A stretch of DNA of 63,953 nt, the filler included, from an uncultured bacterium (lineage in GTDB: Bacteria; DAOPZR01), in assembly GCA_964637655.1 (NCBI GenBank). It is 12 parts of 12 records of this genome, joined end to end, with 100 filler letters (N's around TTAATTAATTAA, not from the genome) between each part and the next. Parts side by side here need not be neighbours in the genome. Positions count along the whole stretch, not along the records: positions 5,558 to 10,969 come from CAZWUZ010000259.1; positions 11,070 to 16,459 come from CAZWUZ010000260.1; positions 16,560 to 21,897 come from CAZWUZ010000261.1; 9 more parts are not named here. One strand, given 5' to 3'. Under the pieces are notes generated by a model that had not been told where the DNA came from, did not search any database, and saw only the letters and a list, made by a program, of their open reading frames with translations. A program made the translations under genes and the position numbers. Shown piece after piece: positions 8,974 to 16,785 of the stretch (within the stretch, counting starts at the first letter, position 1; every line of letters begins with the position of its first letter).

Positions 8974-9024
8974 ACGGCAGAGTGCAACGTGCCGCTGTCA
9001 GCCGGCGTATATCGTTACTAAAGG

Positions 9025-9615
9025 ATGCCAATGGCGGAATTGCAGGTAGCGGCGCAACTGGCGGGGACGCGGGCGGAAGGCCCGGGCTGGCGGTACGCGG
9101 TCTGGGTACAGGGCTGTCCTCTGCGCTGCGACGGCTGCTGCAATGCCGCGATGCAGGAGTTTTCAGGCGGCACCGCGCATGACACGGCGGCGTTGGCCGC
9201 GACCATTGCTGCCACGCCCGGGATTGAGGGACTGACCCTGGTCGGCGGTGAACCGTTCGCGCAGGCGGCGGCCGGCGCCGACCTGGCGGAGCGCGTGCGC
9301 GCAGCGGGGCTGACGGTTGTCGTCTTTTCGGGCTACACGCTGGCGGAACTGCGCGGGCAGGTGAACGATGCAGAACGCCTGCTGGCGGCTACCGACCTGC
9401 TCATCGACGGCCCGTATCTCGCCGCGCAGGCCTCGCATCACCGCTGCTGGATCGGCTCGGACAATCAGCAGGTACATTTCCTCTCCGACCGCTACCACCA
9501 ACTGCGTGACGCCTGGCCATCGGGCTCGTCGCTGCTGCTGCGCGTGCAGGTTGACGGCTGCACGGCCAGCGGCGATCCCGCGCTGGTCGGGGCATGGAAG
9601 CAGCGTCATGGCTGA
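9025..9615 (+). CDS. NrdG/PFL-activase-like radical SAM (4Fe-4S) protein
   Basis: EGPG.RYAVWVQGCPLRCDGCCN, GGEPF, DLLIDGPY and GSDNQ motifs. Confidence 0.88.
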   Translation: MPMAELQVAAQLAGTRAEGPGWRYAVWVQGCPLRCDGCCNAAMQEFSGGTAHDTAALAATIAATPGIEGLTLVGGEPFAQAAAGADLAERVRAAGLTVVVFSGYTLAELRGQVNDAERLLAATDLLIDGPYLAAQASHHRCWIGSDNQQVHFLSDRYHQLRDAWPSGSSLLLRVQVDGCTASGDPALVGAWKQRHG

Positions 9616-10711
9616 AGTATCACGCGGCAGCGTGGCCGGCGAGCAGTTCTGCGCGGAACTGCTTGCCCCGCTCACCGACGGCTGGCGCCGTCTGCACGTG
9701 CAGCCGCCCGCGCGCGCCGCCCGCGGCGCCTTCCCACCCTATGCCATTACCGCGGACGAGGCGGCGCAGGCATTGCGCGAACTCGCGCGGTTCTATGTCG
9801 AGGTACTTGCCCGCGACGGCTCGCGCCCGCGTGCCTACGCGGCCGGCGGCGTCTGCGATACCATGACCCTGCTCGACGAGCGCTTGTGGCAGGCAACCGA
9901 CACGCTCCTGCGCGACGACCTCATCATGCTGCTGCGCGGGTCGGTCAGTTGCGGTGTCTGCCTGCTGGCGGGCGGCCATGCTGCCGAGGACGGCAAGCCG
10001 GTACCGCGCCATGACGGGTGGGACAGCGCGTTTCGCGCTGACCATGCGGGACTGCCTGCCCCCTCGGTGGCGGAGGCGGCGCTCGCGTTCCTGCTGCGGC
10101 TCAGCGGCTGCCCGCGTTTCTGCGGGCGGTGTACGGTGCGCGCGCGGCAGGCCGCGTGGCTGACCGCGGCGAATCCGCTCGTCGCCGTATGGTATCATGG
10201 CAGCACCACGGCGCTGCGGCAACTGCTGCAACCCTGCTGGACCCCGGTGCTCTTCGCCTGGGGCGGGGCACTGAGTGAACGCCTGCAGGCGTATGTCCGC
10301 AGTGAATGCAACCGGAGCCCCGGGGATGTCCGGCGGCACCTGGCGCCGGTGGCGGAGCAACTCGCGCTGTTGCGCGCGGCACTGGATGACCATGCGCTGA
10401 ACCGCGCGGGCGCGGCGGAACTGGCGTACCCGCTGGCGCGGGCGGCGCTGGTGCATGCTGAACACGAACTGCCGGCACTGCCGCGCGGGAGCATGGCGCA
10501 GTTGCAGGCGGCGCAGCAGGTGATGCGGGCGCTGGCGGCGGAGGGCGAGGCGCTGGCGGCGCGCATCACGCAGGCGCAGGACCGGCGGCTGCTGGAGCGT
10601 GACGCTTTCGACCGCTACCTGCTGCGGCAGGTGCGTGAAACGGACGGGGCATATGTCCCGGAAACACTGCTTGCGGCGGCGCGCACGCTGCGCGACGCCT
10701 GCCCGGAGTGA
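9608..10711 (+). CDS. hypothetical protein, possibly FtsH ternary system domain X6-like
   Basis: Overlaps the radical SAM stop; segment LARFYVEVLARDG..R....GG...RLWQ resembles recalled fvmX6 proteins. Confidence 0.5.
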   Translation: MAEVSRGSVAGEQFCAELLAPLTDGWRRLHVQPPARAARGAFPPYAITADEAAQALRELARFYVEVLARDGSRPRAYAAGGVCDTMTLLDERLWQATDTLLRDDLIMLLRGSVSCGVCLLAGGHAAEDGKPVPRHDGWDSAFRADHAGLPAPSVAEAALAFLLRLSGCPRFCGRCTVRARQAAWLTAANPLVAVWYHGSTTALRQLLQPCWTPVLFAWGGALSERLQAYVRSECNRSPGDVRRHLAPVAEQLALLRAALDDHALNRAGAAELAYPLARAALVHAEHELPALPRGSMAQLQAAQQVMRALAAEGEALAARITQAQDRRLLERDAFDRYLLRQVRETDGAYVPETLLAAARTLRDACPE

Positions 10712-10714
10712 GCG

Positions 10715-10969
10715 ATGAGCGACTGGTACCGGATCGGCCTGGAAATCCGCGAAGAGGTGGTGACCGCAGAACGCGGCGAGGTGTACGTGCAGAAACTGTG
10801 CGTGCCCCCCGTGGGCGACGCGGACACGATGCGCGCGCGGCTGCGCGCGGCGCTGCGCGCGCGCGGGTGGACAGAGCATCCCTCGGGCTTACAGCGCACG
10901 ACCGCGGATGGCAGCGTGACTGTCTGGAATGATGTGGCGAATACGCTGACCAGTTCGGCGCGCGTGGCG
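10715..10969 (+). CDS. hypothetical protein, possibly FtsH ternary system domain X5-like (3' truncated)
   Basis: MS..YRI...V...M...L...L.ARGW pattern; operonic with the two preceding genes. Confidence 0.5.
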
Positions 10970-11071
10970 NNNNNNNNNNNNNNNNNNNNNNNNNNNNNNN
11001 NNNNNNNNNNNNNTTAATTAATTAANNNNNNNNNNNNNNNNNNNNNNNNNNNNNNNNNNNNNNNNNNNNAC

Positions 11072-11281
11072 GCTTGGCCGGCCATACTGCAGAGCGCGGG
11101 GACCAAGACCCTCTGGCCGGAGAAGGCGCGCCACCTGCTCTATACCGCCGGCTGGAAGAAGTTCGAACCGTTCTGGGATCTTGTCATCCGCGCTAGACGG
11201 GTTGCCGCCTGTATCCCCGCGCTGGAACTGGTTCTGCGCGGCTTCCGCCCGGTTGACGTGGCACGCACGGGAACCGGTTGA
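11072..11281 (+). CDS. C-terminus of a probable B12-binding radical SAM protein (5' truncated)
   Basis: RHLLYTAGWKKFEPFWDLVIRARRV matches a recalled conserved C-terminal motif of this family. Confidence 0.55.
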   Translation, partial: AWPAILQSAGTKTLWPEKARHLLYTAGWKKFEPFWDLVIRARRVAACIPALELVLRGFRPVDVARTGTG

Positions 11282-11320
11282 CATCCGGTGCCGGCGTGGT
11301 ATAATCAATGTATAAACATA
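11278..11320 (+). promoter_or_regulatory. consensus sigma70 promoter of mazEF with a likely autoregulatory palindrome
   Basis: TTGACA (11278-83), 16-nt spacer ending in TGG, TATAAT (11300-05); ATGT-ATAA-ACAT just downstream. Confidence 0.8.
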
Positions 11321-11332
11321 GGGAGGTGGAGC

Positions 11333-11575
11333 ATGCAGGCACAGGTGCAGAAGTGGGGCAACAGTCTGGGGGTGCGGATTCCGCGCGCCTTTGCCGCACA
11401 ACTGGGCATGCGGTCGGGCGCGGCGGTGACCATGGAGGTGCAGCGGGGGGCGCTGCTGGTGCGGCCGCAGGCGAAACCCCGCTACCGGTTGGCTGACCTG
11501 CTGGCCGGGATCACTCCCGCCTGTCGCCATGCCGAGATTCCGACCGGGCGTGCCCGCGGGCGTGAAGCATGGTAA
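11333..11575 (+). CDS. mazE: AbrB/MazE family antitoxin
   Basis: MQAQVQKWGNSLGVRIP...YRLADLLAGIT..H.EI..G...GREAW. Confidence 0.92.
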   Translation: MQAQVQKWGNSLGVRIPRAFAAQLGMRSGAAVTMEVQRGALLVRPQAKPRYRLADLLAGITPACRHAEIPTGRARGREAW

Positions 11576-11910
11576 AGCGCGCGGTGCCGGACCGGGGCGA
11601 CCTGGTCTGGCTGGAATTTGAACCGCAGGCGGGTCACGAGCAGGCGGGGCGCCGGCCGGCGCTGGTACTTTCGCCGCGGGCCTATAACGATCGGGTCGGC
11701 TTGCTGCTCGCGTGCCCGGTCACCACGCACATCAAGGGGTATCCGTTCGAGGTGCTGCTGCCTGCAGACGGCAGCATTACCGGTGCGGTACTGAGTGACC
11801 AGATCAAGAATCTCGATTGGCGTGCACGACGGGCGAAGATCATCGCGACGGTGCCGGCCGCAGTGCTTGATGAGGTCCTGGCCAAGGTTGCGACGCTGCT
11901 CGGATCGTGA
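11569..11910 (+). CDS. mazF: MazF/PemK endoribonuclease toxin
   Basis: PDRGDLVWLEFEPQAGHEQAGRRPALVLSP, KGYPFEV and DQIKNLDWRAR motifs. Confidence 0.95.
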   Translation: MVKRAVPDRGDLVWLEFEPQAGHEQAGRRPALVLSPRAYNDRVGLLLACPVTTHIKGYPFEVLLPADGSITGAVLSDQIKNLDWRARRAKIIATVPAAVLDEVLAKVATLLGS

Positions 11911-11918
11911 CAGCATGC

Positions 11919-11978
11919 TACCAGGTCAAGCAGGTAAGGGCCATTATCATCAAGTATCGCCTGGGAGGAAAACTGTGA
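11919..11978 (+). pseudogene. hicA: 3' remnant of a hicA toxin gene
   Basis: YQVKQVRAIIIKYRLGGKL* is a typical HicA C-terminus; its stop overlaps the hicB start; no 5' part is present. Confidence 0.7.
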
Positions 11979-12187
11979 GCCACAGGTACGAAGTTATCAT
12001 CTACTGGAGCAACGAAGATAATGCCTTTATCGCCGAGGTCCCCGAACTGCCGGGCTGCATGGCGGACGGCAAAACCTATATCGCGGCACTGAAAAATGTG
12101 CAGGTTATTATCAGCGAATGGATTGCCACGGCGCGCGAACTCGGTCGGCCTATACCCGTGCCGCGCGGTAAACTGGCCTACGCCTAA
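11975..12187 (+). CDS. hicB: HicB family antitoxin
   Basis: YEVIIYWSNEDNAFIAEVPELPGCMADGKTY..AL...EWIATARELGRPIPVPRG. Confidence 0.92.
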   Translation: MSHRYEVIIYWSNEDNAFIAEVPELPGCMADGKTYIAALKNVQVIISEWIATARELGRPIPVPRGKLAYA

Positions 12188-12212
12188 GCACGATTCCGGA
12201 GCTGCAGTGCCA

Positions 12213-12285
12213 GATGCAGTGCCATACTGCAACATTGCAACATTCGAGGCACAACTGTCTACCAAGCATATTGTAATATAAGTGC
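12213..12285 (+). repeat. 73-bp direct repeat module A, copy 1
   Basis: 66/73 identical to 13749-13821 by manual alignment. Confidence 0.9.
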
Positions 12286-12289
12286 CGGG

Positions 12290-12422
12290 GTGACTGTTCA
12301 GCCACCCACGCATCTTGCAGAGCGCCCCTGCGGGCCACCCTTACCTCTCCCGCCGCAGGCGGGAGAGGGTGGTTGCTTTCCCCCTCAGCGAGGGGGACGG
12401 TTGGATGAGGGTGAATAACTGC
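12290..12422 (+). repeat. 133-bp REP/MITE-like module B, copy 1
   Basis: Highly similar to the reverse complement of 13826-13958; contains two GC-rich hairpins. Confidence 0.9.
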
Positions 12423-12569
12423 AAGGCATCAGTGCAGCGTCGCTACCGCAGTGACGGATGATAAGGCAGGCCGCGTGGGGATTACCAAACGATAACAGAA
12501 TTGACAATAGTAATACTAAATGATAACGTAGCAGCAGATAGTAATTCCCCGGAGCGGCGGGAGGTCGTG

Positions 12570-13715
12570 ATGATACAGCGGCAGTTCTGGCTTGAGCGGA
12601 TTGAACAGGCATGGCGGCGGCGTTCGATTGTCTGGCTCACCGGTGTGCGCCGGGCAGGCAAAACGTGCCTGTGCCAATCCTTTCCGGCGGTTGAATATTT
12701 CGATTGCGAACTGCCTCGCATCAGGGAGCAACTGGCGGATCCGGAAACTTTGCTGGCGAAACTGGCCGGCAAGCGCGTGGTGCTGGATGAGATCCACCGG
12801 CTGCCCAATCCCTCGGAACTGCTCAAGATCGCGGCTGATCATTACCCGCGGGTGAAGATCATCGCCACCGGCTCGTCACGCCTGAGCGCATCGCGGAAGT
12901 TCAAGGACACGCTGACCGGCCGCAAAGAAGAACTCTGGCTCCGGCCGATACTGCTGGCGGAACTGTCCGCCTTTCGCATTCCGGACGTCCGCCGGCGGAT
13001 GTTGCGCGGCGGCCTGCCGCCGTTTGTCATGGCGAAGCAGGTCCGGGAACACGACTTTCCGGAATGGATGGACAGTTATTGGGCCAAGGACATACAGGAA
13101 CTGTTCCGTCTTGAACGCCGGCAGGCATTCATACGTTTCATTGAATTGCTTCTGGCGCAGAGCGGCGGGATATTCGAGGCGACGGCATTTGCCCGTCCGT
13201 GCGAGGTGAACCGCGCCACCATTGTCAACTACCTGCGGGTGCTTGAGGAAACGCTGGTCATGACCGTGGTGCGGCCATTCAGCACGCGCCGGGCGACCGA
13301 GATTGTCGCGGCACCCAAGGTATACGGTTTCGACACCGGCTTCGTCTGTTATTACCGGGGGTGGGATACCCTGCGCACAGATGACCTTGGCCTGTTGTGG
13401 GAGCATCTCGTGCTCAACGAACTGCTCGCGGCATTGCCGTACGGCAGGATTCAGTACTGGCGGGACAAGCAGGGGCACGAAATCGACTTTGTTCTCTGCT
13501 CGCGCAGGGGGACTCCTGCCGCCATCGAATGCAAATGGTCGATGGCCGGATATGATCCAAAAAATCTGCTGATTTTCCGCAGCAGGTACCCGGAAGGCAA
13601 AAACTTCGTAGTCGCCAACGGTCTTGCCCGGCCAGTGACGAGAAAGTATGGACCGCACGAGGTCATGTTCACCGACAGTGCCGGATTGACGGCGCAACTG
13701 GGCGCCGCCGGATGA
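12570..13715 (+). CDS. AAA+ ATPase (AAA_14 plus DUF4143 restriction-endonuclease-like C-terminus)
   Basis: Walker A GVRRAGKT, Walker B VVLDEIH, ATGSS, LTGRK, KVYGFDTG and YWRDKQGHEIDF..IECK motifs. Confidence 0.9.
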   Translation: MIQRQFWLERIEQAWRRRSIVWLTGVRRAGKTCLCQSFPAVEYFDCELPRIREQLADPETLLAKLAGKRVVLDEIHRLPNPSELLKIAADHYPRVKIIATGSSRLSASRKFKDTLTGRKEELWLRPILLAELSAFRIPDVRRRMLRGGLPPFVMAKQVREHDFPEWMDSYWAKDIQELFRLERRQAFIRFIELLLAQSGGIFEATAFARPCEVNRATIVNYLRVLEETLVMTVVRPFSTRRATEIVAAPKVYGFDTGFVCYYRGWDTLRTDDLGLLWEHLVLNELLAALPYGRIQYWRDKQGHEIDFVLCSRRGTPAAIECKWSMAGYDPKNLLIFRSRYPEGKNFVVANGLARPVTRKYGPHEVMFTDSAGLTAQLGAAG

Positions 13716-13748
13716 GGGATATGATGCAGTGTGATGCAGTGCCAGCGT

Positions 13749-13821
13749 GATGCAGTGCCATACTGCAACATTGCAACATTCGCAGCGCAAGCGACTACCA
13801 TGCATATTGTAATATAAGTGC
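13749..13821 (+). repeat. 73-bp direct repeat module A, copy 2
   Basis: Same orientation as copy 1; preceded by extra GATGCAGT units. Confidence 0.9.
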
Positions 13822-13825
13822 GTGG

Positions 13826-13958
13826 GCAACTATTTCCCCTCATCCAACCTTCCCCCTCGCAGAGGGGGAAGGCAAACACCCTCTCCCGCCTGCGGCGGGA
13901 GAGGGCAGGGTGGCCCGCAGGGTCGCGCTGCAAGATGCGTGGGTGGCTGAATAGCCAC
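13826..13958 (-). repeat. 133-bp REP/MITE-like module B, copy 2 (inverted)
   Basis: Reverse-complement match to 12290-12422. Confidence 0.9.
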
Positions 13959-14082
13959 GTGCGGGGATGGTTTGGACCGTACGGAACAGGTGCGGCCGGT
14001 TGACATACATAGAAAAGCATAGTAAGTAGATATGCAGTGCGACTCGCGCCGCGGTGCACAGACGGCGAGGGGGGAGAAACGC

Positions 14083-14751
14083 ATGATCCGGAATATCGTC
14101 AGGGACGGCTATCGTGCCGGTGTTGCCCGCTATCGCAAACTTTGGTGGCTGCCGGCGGTATGCCTGCTGTTCTGCCTGCTGTTGGGCTGCGGCAAGGCGC
14201 AGCCGGTGGGCAATTACACCGTCGCGGTGACGGATCGGAACCAACGGCCGATTGCCGACGCGCTGGTGGCGGTCACCTTCGAGGTAAAGAAAGGAGAGCC
14301 GATCGATACCTACGCTTTCACTGATCCGGCCGGATTGGCACACCTGCCGACGGTCACGGTGCCGCCTGATGTGCGTGCTGCTGTTGCCTCGGCAGTGCAC
14401 CCGCGCTATCTGGAGAGTAGTGGGGCCATCATGTACGTGGCGGGCGACAAGGTCGAATTTGATACATTGGTGCTCGCCTCGCTGCATGATGTGCAGGCGT
14501 ACCGTGATGAAAATCCGCTCCGCAGAACGCCGGAGTCGGCCTGGGCGAAGTTCGCGATGTTCTTTGAATATCTGAACGTTTATCAGATACTGCGGCCGCT
14601 CCATGCCCGCGCGGCGCTCGTGGAGGAGTATCGCGCGGTATACGGGAAACTGCAGCGGGCATATCCCCTGCCGGAAGATAATGAACTGGTCCGGAAATGC
14701 CGTGCAACCATCGACGCAATGGCGATGGATACTTCCGCGGTGCGGCAGTGA
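14083..14751 (+). CDS. putative lipoprotein with carboxypeptidase-regulatory-like N-terminal domain
   Basis: GGGGAG RBS; LLGC lipobox; V.VTD...PIADALV...TD..GLA. Confidence 0.6.
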   Translation: MIRNIVRDGYRAGVARYRKLWWLPAVCLLFCLLLGCGKAQPVGNYTVAVTDRNQRPIADALVAVTFEVKKGEPIDTYAFTDPAGLAHLPTVTVPPDVRAAVASAVHPRYLESSGAIMYVAGDKVEFDTLVLASLHDVQAYRDENPLRRTPESAWAKFAMFFEYLNVYQILRPLHARAALVEEYRAVYGKLQRAYPLPEDNELVRKCRATIDAMAMDTSAVRQ

Positions 14752-14803
14752 GGTGCGTCAGGGCGGGAAGCGCTTGTGAACCATTGGGGAAAGGATAGCG
14801 GCA

Positions 14804-15163
14804 ATGGAATTTGCTGGCTTGGCGGGGCTGCTGATGGTTGTGCTTACCGGAGCGTGGATCTTTGTGTGCATCTATCGGGGTGAGAAAGAACTGCGGAATA
14901 ACCCGGGACGCAATCGCAAACTGCACATCCCGGTGATTGGCCTGGCGGCCATCGCCCTGCTGTTCGTTATGCTGGTGAAATTCGATATGCTGCAGTTGCC
15001 GATCGGAGCAATGCCGGCAGCCAGCGCTGCTGTCATCGTGTTGCTGTACTGGAACTACTCAGTGTATGGCGTGCGGACGCTGCTGCGGATGATAGTCATG
15101 ACCATCCTGCTCAGTACGGGATACATCCTGATTCTGCTACCGAGATTGAGCGAACTCAAGTGA
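14804..15163 (+). CDS. four-TM hypothetical membrane protein
   Basis: Four hydrophobic segments; AAGGA RBS. Confidence 0.6.
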   Translation: MEFAGLAGLLMVVLTGAWIFVCIYRGEKELRNNPGRNRKLHIPVIGLAAIALLFVMLVKFDMLQLPIGAMPAASAAVIVLLYWNYSVYGVRTLLRMIVMTILLSTGYILILLPRLSELK

Positions 15164-15245
15164 TTGATATGGTTGCTATCATGCGCCGCGGCGACTGCAG
15201 GCAACAAATCGACGAGCGCTCTATGCAGAGGGTAATGAGTAGGTA

Positions 15246-16430
15246 ATGAAGATTGCCCTAAGCGACTTGAAAAATGAATATGGCGAGGAAGACCCTGCCG
15301 CTGTGGTCATGAACGGGGTGCGCATTCCCCTGTCCGGCGAAAAACGGTTTTCGCGCTGGTATTATGACAAGGCGCTGAAAAGGGGAACCGAGTTATCGCG
15401 GTTCATGGATGGCTCGGCTGCCATAACCGCTTCTGAACTTCAGCGTGAATGGCCCGGTTGGGATGACGGGCAGCGCCTTGAATTCTGCCAGGCCTGTTCG
15501 TGGCTGCAGGGACAGTCAGATTTTCCGGAGATGCTCAGTTTCATTATGCGGTATGGCGGCCCGCAAGACTGGCAGGGAATAGCCCTGATAGTTGCTTCCG
15601 TACTGCCGCTTGCCGAGGCACACGAACTGCTCAATCAGGCCCTCGCAGCGACTGAACATGGATTGCGCGCAAACCTGCTGCAGGCAATTGCCTGCAGCAG
15701 GCATCCCGAGGCCGAGGCAATCCTCCGCCGGGAACTGGCTGCGCTCATGGCGCACAAGGCGACGTGGAAGAATGACAAATACTCAAACGAGATGGCATTT
15801 GATGCGACAGTCTGCGTAAAGCATCTGATCGGCGAACTTGGCGTGCAGGCGACTGAGTTTGAAGAGCAGGTGCGCAAACTATCGCAGCATGTGTGTCCGC
15901 TCAACCGCGATATCTGCCGTAATTATCTATTCACGTACTACCCGTGGATGCCGCAATCACCGTGTCCGCTGGGACGGCCGGAAAGCGCACAACCGGGGCT
16001 GCTGTCGCCGGGCAATCCGCTGTGGGGGACGAGCCGGCTATGGCACTGGTCAACGCGGATGATGGCAGCATGCGCTGTCGTTGCCATGTGCAGCCTGTTC
16101 CTGATGTTTGGCAGTGTGGCGTATCAATGTGTATCCGCTGCGCTGATGAGCGCACCGCCGGACACAGTACATATGGGCTTGCGACAACCCGTTCCCCTTG
16201 TTGCGTTGTCTGTGGCCGCGGCAGCCCTCATCCTGATGGTTGCGGCCGGTGTTGCAGGCCGCCGGTGGCGCGCCATTGGCATACTGCTGGTATTGCTCGC
16301 CTGCATCGCGGGAACGACGCTGCTGGGCATGATGTTCGTGCCATCATTGACGCATGCGCTGCTTTGGACAACCGTTGGCAGGCAATGTCCTTTGCACCCG
16401 ACGCGTCCGCACAGTGGTATCGTGCCGTGA
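15246..16430 (+). CDS. hypothetical protein with helical (HEAT-like) N-terminal region and C-terminal TM helices
   Basis: 394-aa ORF; RANLLQAIA..HPEAEAIL; three hydrophobic C-terminal segments. Confidence 0.55.
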   Translation: MKIALSDLKNEYGEEDPAAVVMNGVRIPLSGEKRFSRWYYDKALKRGTELSRFMDGSAAITASELQREWPGWDDGQRLEFCQACSWLQGQSDFPEMLSFIMRYGGPQDWQGIALIVASVLPLAEAHELLNQALAATEHGLRANLLQAIACSRHPEAEAILRRELAALMAHKATWKNDKYSNEMAFDATVCVKHLIGELGVQATEFEEQVRKLSQHVCPLNRDICRNYLFTYYPWMPQSPCPLGRPESAQPGLLSPGNPLWGTSRLWHWSTRMMAACAVVAMCSLFLMFGSVAYQCVSAALMSAPPDTVHMGLRQPVPLVALSVAAAALILMVAAGVAGRRWRAIGILLVLLACIAGTTLLGMMFVPSLTHALLWTTVGRQCPLHPTRPHSGIVP

Positions 16431-16719
16431 AAGAGCGGGACTGATGATGAGCACGGCTCNNNNNNNNNNNNNNNNNNNNNNNNNNNNNNNNNNNNNNNNN
16501 NNNTTAATTAATTAANNNNNNNNNNNNNNNNNNNNNNNNNNNNNNNNNNNNNNNNNNNNGCACGCACGCGGGCCGTTTTGACCATGCCACTGCCTTCACC
16601 ACCGGGCACTGCCTTCACCATAGCACGCAGAGAACGCGGAGCGTCTGCGCTTTGCCGGTGATCGGTTTCTCGTTCGCGCTGACAGCGGAAGAAGGTTGAG
16701 GCAATAATCAGTTTCCTGA

Positions 16720-16760
16720 CCTTCCCTCACCCTGCACCCTCTCCCCGGGGGGAGAGGGAA
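16720..16760. repeat. REP-like palindromic element
   Basis: CCCTCACCCTGCACCCTCTCCCCGGGGGAGAGGG. Confidence 0.7.
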
Positions 16761-16785
16761 CTACGCCTGCTATCCTGATCTGGTG

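Noticed and set aside
12213-13821. Module A as a CRISPR repeat or integron attC site
   Set aside because: Only two copies 1.5 kb apart, no cas or integrase gene nearby, and no RYYYAAC...GTTRRRY ends.
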